Below are positions 45,769 through 57,231 of a stretch of 64,000 nucleotides of DNA, in pieces. This DNA is from Salisapilia sapeloensis CBS 127946. Its lineage: Eukaryota; Protista; Oomycota. The stretch's first letter is position 1. Every line of letters begins with the position of its first letter. The notes under the pieces are model-generated. The model worked only from the letters and a program-made list of their open reading frames with translations, ran no database searches and had not been told where the DNA came from. The position numbers and the translations under genes were made by a program. The stretch is taken from contig JAADVB010000048.1 of assembly GCA_023334545.1 (NCBI GenBank), positions 1-64,000 of the forward strand, read 5' to 3'.

Positions 45769-47419
45769 TTACAAGTCGTTGATATCACCTATGATGGTAA
45801 CCTGACTTCCTTTGAACAAGGCAGGCATTGCAGCTTCCAACTGGAAAAAATCAATCGTCTAAAGTAAATGAATATTTCAATATAATCTTACCGCATTCTT
45901 AACTCGCTTTGTGTCGGACGATACTTTTGACTGTTGACGTCGAAGTTCATCGTTAACATCCCCCAACTTCTTTGATGTATCGCTCAGCTTGCTGATCTCA
46001 TCGTTGCATTTCGCTTGCAGCTGATGAAAATTTTCCAGAAGCTGAACATGTCGCCCCAGGTATCCAGGTGAGTTTTTTAAAAAGAGCAGTTGTTGTAGTC
46101 TACGCCCGCTTAGCGTAGTAAGGACACTTTGTACTTCTGCGAGGTAGCTATCTAGCTGTTCAAGGCTTTGATATTCTAGTACTGTCTTGGTGTCTTGGAC
46201 CTGGTCCACAGCAACCATGTCCGTCTCATTCAAAATTTCAGCGCGACGCTGCTTGAGGAATGCCTGCAGCTCGAGTAACTCATTTCGAAGTATTGCTCGA
46301 AGGTCTTGTTGCAGCAGCATTGTACTAGCGTCGGTGATGCTACCATTAGATCTAATGGACGAATCCTTCGTAGAAGTTGCGCTCACTTGGAACATTTGGA
46401 GAGTAGGAAAACATTCCGATGGGGCTGATACCTTCGTCTCTGGAGTGACGTAGGAATGGAGATAGGACTGCAGTGCTTCGTAGTACCAAATGGCTTTTGC
46501 AATACTATCACTCGAAAGAGCTCCAGCCACTTCGTTCAGTAATGGTGAAAGAGATTCAGAAGCATTCTGTAGCTCAGATCGTACATCTGTACCCTACAAC
46601 CGTGCCCAACACGATCTCAGTTTCATCGTACACATACTCTCTTGAAGCAGGAAGGTACCTGAATGCCAAAAGTTTCACATTTCTGCTTGTATTGGTTCTG
46701 ATAATTCAGTATACGCCGTTGCAACTCCTAGTCAAGTCTCGTCGGATGGGTATTGGAATACGAGTAGTATATGGACATCTGTACGTACTTCCATCTTTCG
46801 TTTAGCATGTCCAATCTGTTTGTCATTCTCATTTATCATAGTCCGAATATGAGGACTATAGGTATAGCACAAGTATATATGAGTCTTTGGATCTACAGGT
46901 TGACATTGAGAGGATCGTACAGTTCAAATGCCCCATTCCGAATCAGTATCCGTGCAGCTTCCGCAGCAAATAAATTCTTCTTTTCATATCGATGCACCAA
47001 TGCATCCCATTGCCTTGTCAGAGGAGAGGTATACTATACCATTCCAATGAGACTTTATCAACAGTCTCGTGAGCTACAGCATCCATCATACCTGGCCGAG
47101 GAGATTCGTGGCGGCATTGTCCGGCGACTCCAAGAGCGCTTTTAAAACAATATTGCAATCAAAATAGTTCACGTCTTGGACAGTCGGCTTGGCACGTTTC
47201 AACTTTGCTATCTTTTCATGGTCACGAGGCAAAGCTTCATAAAGCTCGCTTAGCGTTTGTCGCAAGTCCTGGTACTCGTCGAACCAGTCTGTAGACACCA
47301 AACCTCGCTCGACTAAAGTATCTAGAGAGTCATGAATTTAAGTGAATCTTCTATCATACAATTGCAGACATGTGCAGACCCTGTAGCTCGACATAAGACA
47401 GCTCGATTGACGAAGTCAT
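45769..47419 (-). CDS. CDK5RAP3: CDK5RAP3/C53 orthologue (multi-exon), short form
   Basis: Spliced product includes NYFDC..LKAL, TRQWDALVHRYEKKNLFAAEAARILIRNGAFEL, YKQKCETFGIQG, RNELLELQAFLKQR, SPGYLGR and FKGSQVTIIGDINDL*, collinear with C53 motifs. Confidence 0.8.
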
Positions 47420-47496
47420 GGCTCGAATGTCGCGTTCGAATCCTTAGCCACTATATGAATCTTGAAGCGACATAGCCGAAATAACTTGATTAAAAT

Positions 47497-49273
47497 ATGG
47501 TCAGTTCGCAAATGGACAGAACGTCAGAGACGGACACGATGACCGGCAGTCCGACGAAGCATTCTCCACGTAGGAGCGACACAGAGGATAGTCACTCGGT
47601 ACACAGGCAAAACATGGACATGCCCGACTCGGAGAACGCAAATAACGAGATTCGTGAGAGTGTCATCCGGGATATATTCCAACTGCCCGAGCACACTACG
47701 TTCCACAAAGGTGACGGTTCGCTTTTAAACAGATCGTAGTTCTAAACTGACGAGTATGACTACGTACTGTACTAGACTTTTCATGTGCCATTGCTGGTAC
47801 ACTAGCGACGCACGGTCGCATGTACCCTACGGACACTTATATCTGCTTTTACTCAAACGTTTTTGGTCGAGAACGAAAAGTATGCTTTCTTGTCATCTTC
47901 CTACGAAGAGTTAATATTAACGTAGTAGCGTCACTAGATCCTGATTCCGTATGATACCATCAAAGATATTGCCAAGACAACGGCGATGGTCTTCCAAGGC
48001 GCCATTCGGATTTCCACAAACGATAACGAAGAATTTACGTTTACATCGTTCTGGGGAGCGAATCGGGACAAGTGCTATGACACTTTGCAACGGGTCTTTA
48101 GTCCACATACCTCTAGCAGCGCCGTGGAAGATCAGACGGACGATAGTCTAGCTTCTCAGGCTACCGATAGCGACAAGGAAGTTCCAGAGGAAGAGAAACC
48201 GGTCGAGTCACCGAAAGCAGACCAGATACAAGAAACAGCGGAGGAGCCGGTGAAAGATAAACCACAAGACAAGTCAGAAGTAAAGGATGTAGGCTCTATT
48301 GTCTCGGAAGACATTTCCATGACAACAATTCTTGAAACGACATTCCCCATCTCCACCGACGAGTTCATGAAGCGGTTCATCTTGGATGAAGCAACCTTTG
48401 GTTTTGATACTTTTAACAAAAATGTGGGTGCCACGGAAATACAAGTCTCCAAGTGGGAAGCATCCGAAGACGATGACACAAGTATATTATCATTCGATGT
48501 AGATAAAATGATTGAAGCTAAGCCACGAGAATGGATAGAGAAACGCCGGTCTGTCCAGCTTCGAACGCCGTTGACTGCACCCATTGGTCCAGACTCCTCT
48601 CGCGTGGATTCCGTACGTCCGCATCTTGTACATATCTATTAATTGGAGATGCTAATGGAGATTATAGTTGCAATGCTACAGCCAGCTAGAGCAAAGTTGC
48701 TATACGTTGGAATCCTCTACGAGACTCTGTGACATTCCGTATGGAGATTACTTTAGTGTCGAAGAGCGATGGACTATCTCACCAGACAACACGAACCACA
48801 CTGCTCTCCGGATTGATTTAAAAGTCGTGTTCTCTAAGTCGACGTTTTGGAAGAGTACGATTGAAACACGCGCCGTGTCGGACAATAAGACCAAGTGGGA
48901 GGAATGGAGCAAGATGGCCAAGGATCATCTGAATGCTCCCAACTCGACGATTGAAAAGGCGGCATCGACACAGACGTCGAATAGCCATGATACGAAAGAC
49001 AAGAGGACACAAGTGCATGACCGCCGTTCTCGATTGAATGGAGAACGCTCGCAGTCGTCTGTGAGTGAGAAAAGTAGATCGAGAAATAGAAGACGAGAGC
49101 AGCCACAGGTCCACAAAGTGTTTCCGTGGCTACTCGTCCTCATCCTCTCTCTCGTTGTGTTGAGGCTACAGCTATCGCTCGTGCGTATGGAAGAGTCATT
49201 AGCGGAGTCTCGAGATGAGATCCAACTCATGCGAGAGGAGGTGAGTAAGCTGGTGAAGACGTTGCAAGAATGA
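47497..49273 (+). CDS. GRAM + VASt (StARkin) sterol-transfer protein, GRAMD1/Lam/VAD1-like, with C-terminal TM and coiled coil; 3 introns
   Basis: FSCA..GTL.THGRMY....ICFYSNVFG and FTSFWGANRDKCYDTL (GRAM); IPYGDYFSVEERW and KSTFWKSTIE (VASt); TM VFPWLLVLILSLVVL. Confidence 0.85.
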
Positions 49274-49297
49274 TGTAGGGAAGACAAATTGAATTGA

Positions 49298-52279
49298 TTA
49301 TTTCAAAAGTGTCGTTTGATTCGCTGCTTTTGCTTCTAAATGTGCCAGCACTCGAACAGCATCAAGGTCGGTTTGCCTTCCAATGTCCAGAAACGATCGT
49401 ACCTTCTGGTCCCATTCGATCTTGGTCTTTTCATCCTCCTCATTTTGCCGCTGAGATTCATTCGATAAGAGTTGGATGCACTCCATCTCTTTCTGTAAGC
49501 TATGCAAAAGATCCAGTAGAGACGATAAGTGGTCTGGCTGCAGTGGATTGGATGTCACGATGACGTCCTCTGGTAACTGAGTTTGGAGAGCGTTGCGTAG
49601 GAGAGCAAGGTATGATGAGCTGGTGGATGAGACCGTCAGGATGGCCGACAATGGCCGTACGAATTTTGTGTCGACATGAACGTTCGTCCGCAAGTACGGT
49701 GGCAAGGAAAATGTCGGTAGGAAGTACGCGAGATTGGATGAAGCTGCCACCAAAAGTAGTTCTTCTCTCTCTAAAGTAAAATGAGAATCACTGAATGTAG
49801 ATATTGTGGATAAGGATAGATACCTGGGTAAATGACATCTGCATGCATCTCAATAGAGCTTTTATTCGTCATGTCTGCAAGTGACAGTTTCGATGTACCG
49901 ATGCATACGCTCCCTGGTTCTTCAGATACATCGACCATATCGATATCTTCGCTCATGCTTTTTAAACTATTCCATCGCAGCCAAACGGACGCTTGAATGC
50001 TTTTATCCAGTCCTACCAACTTTTCCATGGCAAGCACCTCTGCTTGAATAAAGAACGTTGTGACTTCCATTGGCTTCATCGTTGCTACGATTGCTGAAAC
50101 ATTTTTTACGCATGTCTTGTCGCCCATCGATACAGCTACATGAGCTCCGCACAGAGCCTTCTCAGACTTGTTACGCACAGCTACTTCCATCTTTAGAAGA
50201 TTGGATACTGGATCCCACATGACCACTTTCGAGCTAAAGATTTCTGTCCGGACATTCATTATACTCGCCACTGTTTCTTCTTGAATCTGTTTATCCTGGT
50301 ACTTTGCTTTTACAAGAGGAACCAAGTTGCTATCATCTGACTTGATAGAAACGCCAGTGTCCACAGAGAGAAGGCTGCTTGCACTGCTACAATTGCTAAT
50401 AACCTGTACAAAAGATTCTTCTACAAGAGTCTTACGTTGGGCCACCATCTTCTCTTTATCACTTGCAACGAGGTCAAGGCGCTGCAACTGTTCAATACCA
50501 TCCTCTAGTCTCTTCTCCAAAGACTGGACGAACCTTGTCACTTGCTCTTGTGGCGCGTGTTGCAATGCACCGTCCCCTTCCTCATTGACGAGTGTCTCTT
50601 TCTTCTTTCGTTTTACACGTTCGACATACTTCAGTCCAGACTCAGCACATCCATTCTCTGGCTGGGCCTTCCGTTTACGGCTTTGTACTGCTTTATCCAG
50701 ACGTAGTCGGATGCAGGAATACTTTGACTGAGATTGACGAGACATAAGGACGCTGCGTTTCAAAGATCGACATTCGTTCGTAGCGTCCGAGTCGTTCAGC
50801 AACAGTATTTGATTGTAAAATGTAGGTTGTGAAGGCGTGCAGTTGCCCACATAGAAACTGCCGACATTTTTAAATTCTATGTATGAGAATATTACGACGA
50901 GGATAATCTTGTTTAGTGAGATGCAGGGTACCTTCGAGAATGGTGAAGGTGTAGTTGGTGGAACTGGAGCGGAAGTTGAGCAAAAAGAATGACTTGGATT
51001 CGCCTGTACCTTTAGCTGCTAGGATACACCCTTCCTGTCCGTCCGCTGCTGTATCTTCAACGACTTCCCTAAACAACATAGCTTAATGAGACTTGAATGA
51101 GATAATACAAGCTGCATAAAGTTGTATACATCAAATTAATGGGAGCTGGAAGAACGACAGAGGCTAATAATATATCAGAACGGTAGGCTGCAATTGTCTG
51201 CGAAGTCGTAGCTATGAACTGGAGTGTTGATGAAGATAGATCTACACGCAAGCCAGTGTTTGATGCGGTATTATACCAGTCGGCATAAATGATGGACGGG
51301 TTGTACATGGCCGTTGGCTCAAATGACGAGTACGAAAGCTGTCGATATGGCATGCAGTCTACAACAATATGCGTCTGCTCGTTTGATTGGGGCAAGTAGG
51401 AACACGTCATGAGCGTATCAGATGTGTTTGACAGTGAGAAAACTCGCCACAAATGTTCGTTCGAATTGTCGCTAGACCAATGCATAAGATAAATAGAGTT
51501 GGGAGTTTAATATAATGCGATACCTATTGGACGAAAGAACAAAGTGCAGTAGCAGATGAGGGTTGTCACTAGCGGTGGAGCTGACTAGTCGACTGTCCTC
51601 TAGTCGCACCTGTTTATCCTTTATACGTTCCCTATCAACTCGTAGCTCGACATTCTCGCGAACTAAAGTAAAGCTTCCGTGGTCCATTCCATAGATGGAT
51701 ATTTGTCTGGGATTCGGTCCACTAAGAACCACAAAAGGTCCATCCAATAGCTTTGCACTTTGCAGGCGAGTGCTCCTCGATACATCTTCATCCACTGGAA
51801 TATCAAACATTGGTGCAGCAACCGCGGTTACCAATGTAACGGTGTATAATTTGTTTTTTGCACTAAGAGATGATGAGATGGTCGGTGACAAAGTGTATAA
51901 TTCCAACTGATCCTCCGTTTCGAAAAGTAACAAAAGACGATAGCTGATCAGACATAGTTACTTAGTACACCAAATCACATTCGCATTAGCAAAGATATAG
52001 CACCATACAAACTTACATGCCAAGATTATGATCCAAGACAGTTTTGGCTGTCAATAAGCTCGCGTCTTTCGATGGAGATACCGAGTCAGGTGACAATGAC
52101 ACTTCTTGCTGCGTTATTTTCTTTGTTTTGGCATCGATGTGAATGGTGTGAATTGACAGGTCTTCTTGTGCATTGTATTGCAGTCGCAATAGATCATTAT
52201 CACACGATACAATCCACTCGCCCATTTCCTGCATTTCGTGTCCAAGTTTTGTTGACAAGTAGTTTTCACACAGATGCAT
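49298..52279 (-). CDS. Multi-exon gene, tentatively Fanconi anaemia group B (FANCB)-like
   Basis: Chain of same-strand ORFs (52013..52279, 51472..51933, 51069..51485, 50870..51079, 49771..50850, 49298..49753) separated by short GT-AG gaps. It has a beta-rich N-half with LLDGPFVV, a central coiled coil and an Ig-like segment. The FANCB call is from loose memory of the architecture only. Confidence 0.45.
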
Positions 52280-54265
52280 GTAAATTACGCTGCAATAGCA
52301 AACTTGTTTTAGCTTGTGGTTATTTTCTCAACCTTTACTGGTAACTTCGCCAACTCGACTGGTTCTAATACCGAAAGCAAATTGTCAGGTCAATACGATT
52401 TCTCTCGCACTATATTGACTAGAAGAAACCAATTGAGCTGTCAGCGTCAACGCTGAGATTTGTCGCTTCTAATCCAGTAAACGGTCACATCAACTTTTAC
52501 GATCGAATGCCATCTCTTTGTGACACGAATGTATTTATCTACATCATCGAAGAGATTGTTTGGCCGATTCATCGTATTGGCTATAGCATTTGGCTGAGAA
52601 AACTAAGGCTTGTACGAAAGCCAGGTCACCGTACTTTGGTTTCTACTTTGTAATTAAAGTGACGATTTGAAAGACAAACTTGTAAATCCTACAACGCTCA
52701 AGTATAATTGATTATCTACTCCGTCACCTAACTCTATATGCACTGATCGTGTATTACACCACCGTCTTGTGCCTTTTCAAGCGACTTTAGATAAACAGCT
52801 CTATTTATTTGGCCGATCCAAATGCGCCTGCAGATATATCTTTCACTAAGCCTATCATAACCTTAACTGTCCTGTAGCGGTTTTTGTCCCCTGAACTATC
52901 CAACTCACATCAGGTACTCCCATTCATGCCGTAGATGGCCTAAGCTACCACTAAATACTTCCATGAAAGGTATAAAACTCATATATATGCGGTGCAATAT
53001 CTCCTTCTAGTGATATCACTCGATTGTTTTTGTCTATTATAAGCTCTACTTGCGTTTAATGTACGATTTCATTGAAGTAAATAACGTAGCATGTAGTAGT
53101 GAGGAAGATGGTAGGCTCTGACGACAGGTTCATATCATCGAACAAAGTACTTGCTATCAAAGTGTTGATGACCGTATCTCAGTGTTGACCCAGGTACATT
53201 AATCGTAGCGTGCAAAAAGGTCTATTCCGGATGGATGGAAACGTACTGAATAGTTATTTCAGCCGACTTTTCTCTACAAGATACCTATTTTGCCCATCAA
53301 ATGATTTATGGCACTCGTCAAAGGCGTGGGCTGATTGCACTTGATGTAATCAATGAAAGATAATTGACATGTGGGCTATGTCATAAGGTTTAAGACACCG
53401 TAGTCTGAAAGTCTGGGTTAAAAATACTCTATCTTTGCCTATCAACATATCATCCACTCTGCCTATTTCGTTTGGTCCGGCACTGATGAAATAAAGATGA
53501 TTGAGCATAGCACTAGAATGCCAACCGATCAGTGTACACTTTCGATCCAATGACAAACCACTGTGAACGGCGTCTGCTCAAATAGACACTGTCGACTAGG
53601 AATATAAAACGGACAACACTGCCAACACATCCACCGGATAATTCTCGTAAATATTCCCGAAACCTTTAAGTCATAGGAGCAGTGGTTGGATTCGAGATCG
53701 CTTCTGGACCATTAAAAAGTTGGAATGCAACAAGGTAATGGGTGGCAATGACGTTCGCCAACGAATGATCATGATTTCCAATACACTTACATAACGTATT
53801 ACGATGAAAGCCCGCTCAGCATCATCTCAAGATGTATTTGCTAATGGCCATCTTCAAAGCCATTCCTCTAGCATTACCATAGTCGTCGGACAATGCCAGT
53901 CAAAGCGCTTCCATCGAAAAACTACTGCACCATCCGATCAAGTATAGCACATTTCCAGGTTGATAGCTCGTATTTAGTTGCTTAAAAATGCATTCGCACG
54001 GAACAAGGTCGTCACGAGGACGTCTAAACGCGGACGTCTCGAGCTGGTAATCTGGTCTCTGCCGTCGTTTCAAGATACTCTAGTATCCACATAAATGCAG
54101 TTGCGAATGCAAATACCCAAATCAAGTTTAAATAGCGTCTATTTTTAGAACCATTGTAAGATCTGAGTCGCATCAAGAGGCATACTTTATCCAAGTGAAG
54201 CACCAAATGGCTCCGTCCAAAACACAACTGAGCTCCCCATACCTTAGGCACTCTCCCCACCGGCA

Positions 54266-57121
54266 ATGAAGGCAACGGGCTCGGCAGTCGGCGCCATCCG
54301 CGATGTCGTGCGCCGAAAGAGCGGAAGCATGAACTTCAACAACAGCTTCGGTCTGTTCCGGAACAACTCCAACGGCGGCAGTGGCAGCGGTGGCGAAGAG
54401 GACGACGATCCGTACGACGACGACGAGCCGTACGGTGGTCGCATTCGCGGAAATGAAAAGTCTCGCGATCGATCCGGCTCCCAGTCGGACGTTAGCCGAG
54501 ACACGCCATCGCCTGCGCTCACCAGCAGCAGCGTGTATGTGGAGCCGCCAGAGCCCAACCTACCTTCTGGCGGTCTGTGGGAAGCTGCGACTAGGAATGT
54601 ACAGGGCAAGCTACGAGATTTGCTAGACGCCGATCATGAAGTCACTACCTCGCTCGTAAGCCCTTTGCAATACTTTTTTAATGCACAACAAGCCTAAAAC
54701 GTTTATGATGATCTGTAGGACGATGATTCGATCGAGTGTGGTGTCTTTCGCTCCAGATCGGCTCTTTACTCGGATAGAACGCTCGTCATTATCGGCAATA
54801 GTGATGGCTCTCCCGCTGGTATGTGGAGTGAAAGTCTGTGCGTACGGTCTGGAAGCCAAGGTGGAGGCATCTTCAAAGGCGCATTTGGAAGTATGCTGCC
54901 GTACTTGGTAAAGGCAAAAGAGGACAAATTTGGTGTCGTCATCTTTGACGACGTCTTCCGAGACTCACGCGAGAACGATGAAATCGACATGGACAGCGCC
55001 ATCACTCGCTTTGTCACTGGCTGGCGCAACCACGTCCTCAACTCGCGCGCTACTCACGTCTTCCTCCTCGCCTATGGTGACGGCGGCGACTTGCTTGTTG
55101 AAACCCTGCGGAAACATGTGAAAGAGATGCAGAGGCACATCAGTGGCATCGCGTTTGTCCAATCCACACATCATATATCTCGACAGGACCCCTACCAGCT
55201 TCGAAAGATGCTGGCGCAGTGGGCAATCGCGTACGTGTCGTCGGACGACGTGATCCTCGCTCGTCTCAAGAGTCTCGAAGACGAACATGGTTGCGTCTGT
55301 CTTTCCGCCGGATCCGAATCCTCCGACGTGGACGTTTTGAATAACATCTTAGCGTCCATCTTTGCATCCTTCAAGGCTCGTTGGTCTGGCTTTCGCGTGA
55401 AAAACGTCAAGAACGGGATGGAAAAGAAGTGTTATCTATGTAAAAGTACGTTTTCCATGCGTCGCTGGCGTCGACACTGTCGCACGTGTCAGAACGCTTG
55501 TTGTGACAAGTGTTCGAGCGTCGAGAACACGCGACACGAAGGCCAAGTGCGTCTCTGTCTCACCTGTCGCGCCCTCCCGTCGCTAATCCACTGGTCTCGA
55601 CCACGTGCAGTGCGTACAGGTGAGCAAGAGAGCGTCTACAGCTCTTCTGCTCGTCGAGGCAAGATGAGTGTAAACGACTTTGAGCTCGTGACAGTCATCG
55701 GAAGAGGTGCTTGTGGTAAAGTCTTGCTGGTACAGAAGAAGGCTGGGAGTGATGCTGGTCATTTGTACGCGATGAAAGTGTTAAAGAAGGAGTGGGTGAT
55801 GAACAAAGACTTGGTGAACCAGACAATGGCCGAGAGACGTATCCTTCAGGAGGCGTCTCATCCATACATTGTCCAGCTCAAGTACGCTTTCCAGAACCAA
55901 GACAAGTTGTACATGGTCATGGAGTACTACAGCGGCGGCAGTCTTCGCCACGTGCTGCGTCGTCGAGGTCGCTTTAGCATCAAACGCGCTCGCTTCTACC
56001 TAGGACAAATCCTCTTGGCGATCGGCCACTTACACTCGTTAAACATCTTGTATCGCGATTTGAAGCTAGAAAACATTGTCATCACAGCCGACGGAAACGT
56101 TGCATGCACGGACTTTGGTCTGTCCAAGGAACAAATGGACGATGAAGAACGCACGAGCTCTTTCGTCGGTACATGCGAATACCTCGCACCAGAGCTCATT
56201 CTTAAAGAAGGGTATGGTCGAGCAGTCGATTGGTGGGCGTTTGGTATCTTGGCGTATGAACTCATCCAAGGCGACTCTCCTTTCCGTCATAACACGCCAG
56301 CGTTGCTCTTTGAGAAGATCCTTAAGGACGATCCGACGTTTAGCGAAAGGTTTACACCGGAAGCAGAGGACTTGATCTCGAATTTGCTCTGTAAAGACCC
56401 GACGAGACGCCTCGGGTGTGGAGAAGAAGGCGTGGAAGAGATCAAGAGCCATCCGTTCTTTGATGCCGTTGACTGGGACGCCTTGTTGCGGATGGAGGTG
56501 GAAGTCCCGAGACCGCCGCATCGCATGGAAGACGTGACGGATGAAAGCCACTTGGCACGTGCGATCGCCAAGATGCGAGAAGCGAGGGAAGAACTCATGC
56601 CAGACTCGCCCGTCTCGTTGCCGTCTTCTCCGAGCGAGAATCGCCACTTTGACCGGTTCTCGTACCAGGGAGACGGATGGAATCCAGCTATGATGGGCAT
56701 TCCGATGGACGAAGGAAGTGATTATCAGCCAGACACGATAGACGAGGACGAGGAGTACATTCCAGACGAGTTCGATGAACCAGGCACACCACCAGAGAAG
56801 TCGGACTTGATGACGGCAGCAGAGACGGAGCCGACGATCGCCAACCCGGCTCTTATGGAAGTCGCTGGGGACGGAGACGGCGTGCCGCTGTCGCCGTTGT
56901 CACTAGCAAGAGAGAACGCTTCCAAGAACTCGAGTACAAAGCCGATGACGTCGCCATTGCGAGGCCCTTCCAGCAATGCTGCAACCGTGTCTAGTCAGGA
57001 AGAGAGTCCAGCCGTCGGTCATGGCAGTCTGTCGCCTACGACGCCGCATGACATGTACTCGCCCGGTACTCCGGAAGAGACGGAGAATGGGGCGTTAAAA
57101 CCGTTGGAAGCGTCCATGTGA
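54266..57121 (+). CDS. AGC-family Ser/Thr kinase with N-terminal Arb2/FAM172-like domain and FYVE-like finger; 1 intron (~54657-54719)
   Basis: LVIIGNSDGSPAGMW...GSMLPYL (Arb2-like); CxxC..RRHCRxC..CCxxC..LCxxC finger; kinase GRGACGKV, YRDLKLEN, DFG, GTCEYLAPE; hydrophobic motif HFDRFSY. Confidence 0.9.
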
Positions 57122-57231
57122 TCGCGTGATTGATAAGTGCTGATAAAGTTTTTCATGATTTCATTTTGCATCTTTCATCTCCAACCAAGGACTGCGTTGC
57201 TCCAAATACAAGAAAAAATTGTGCATTCCAT

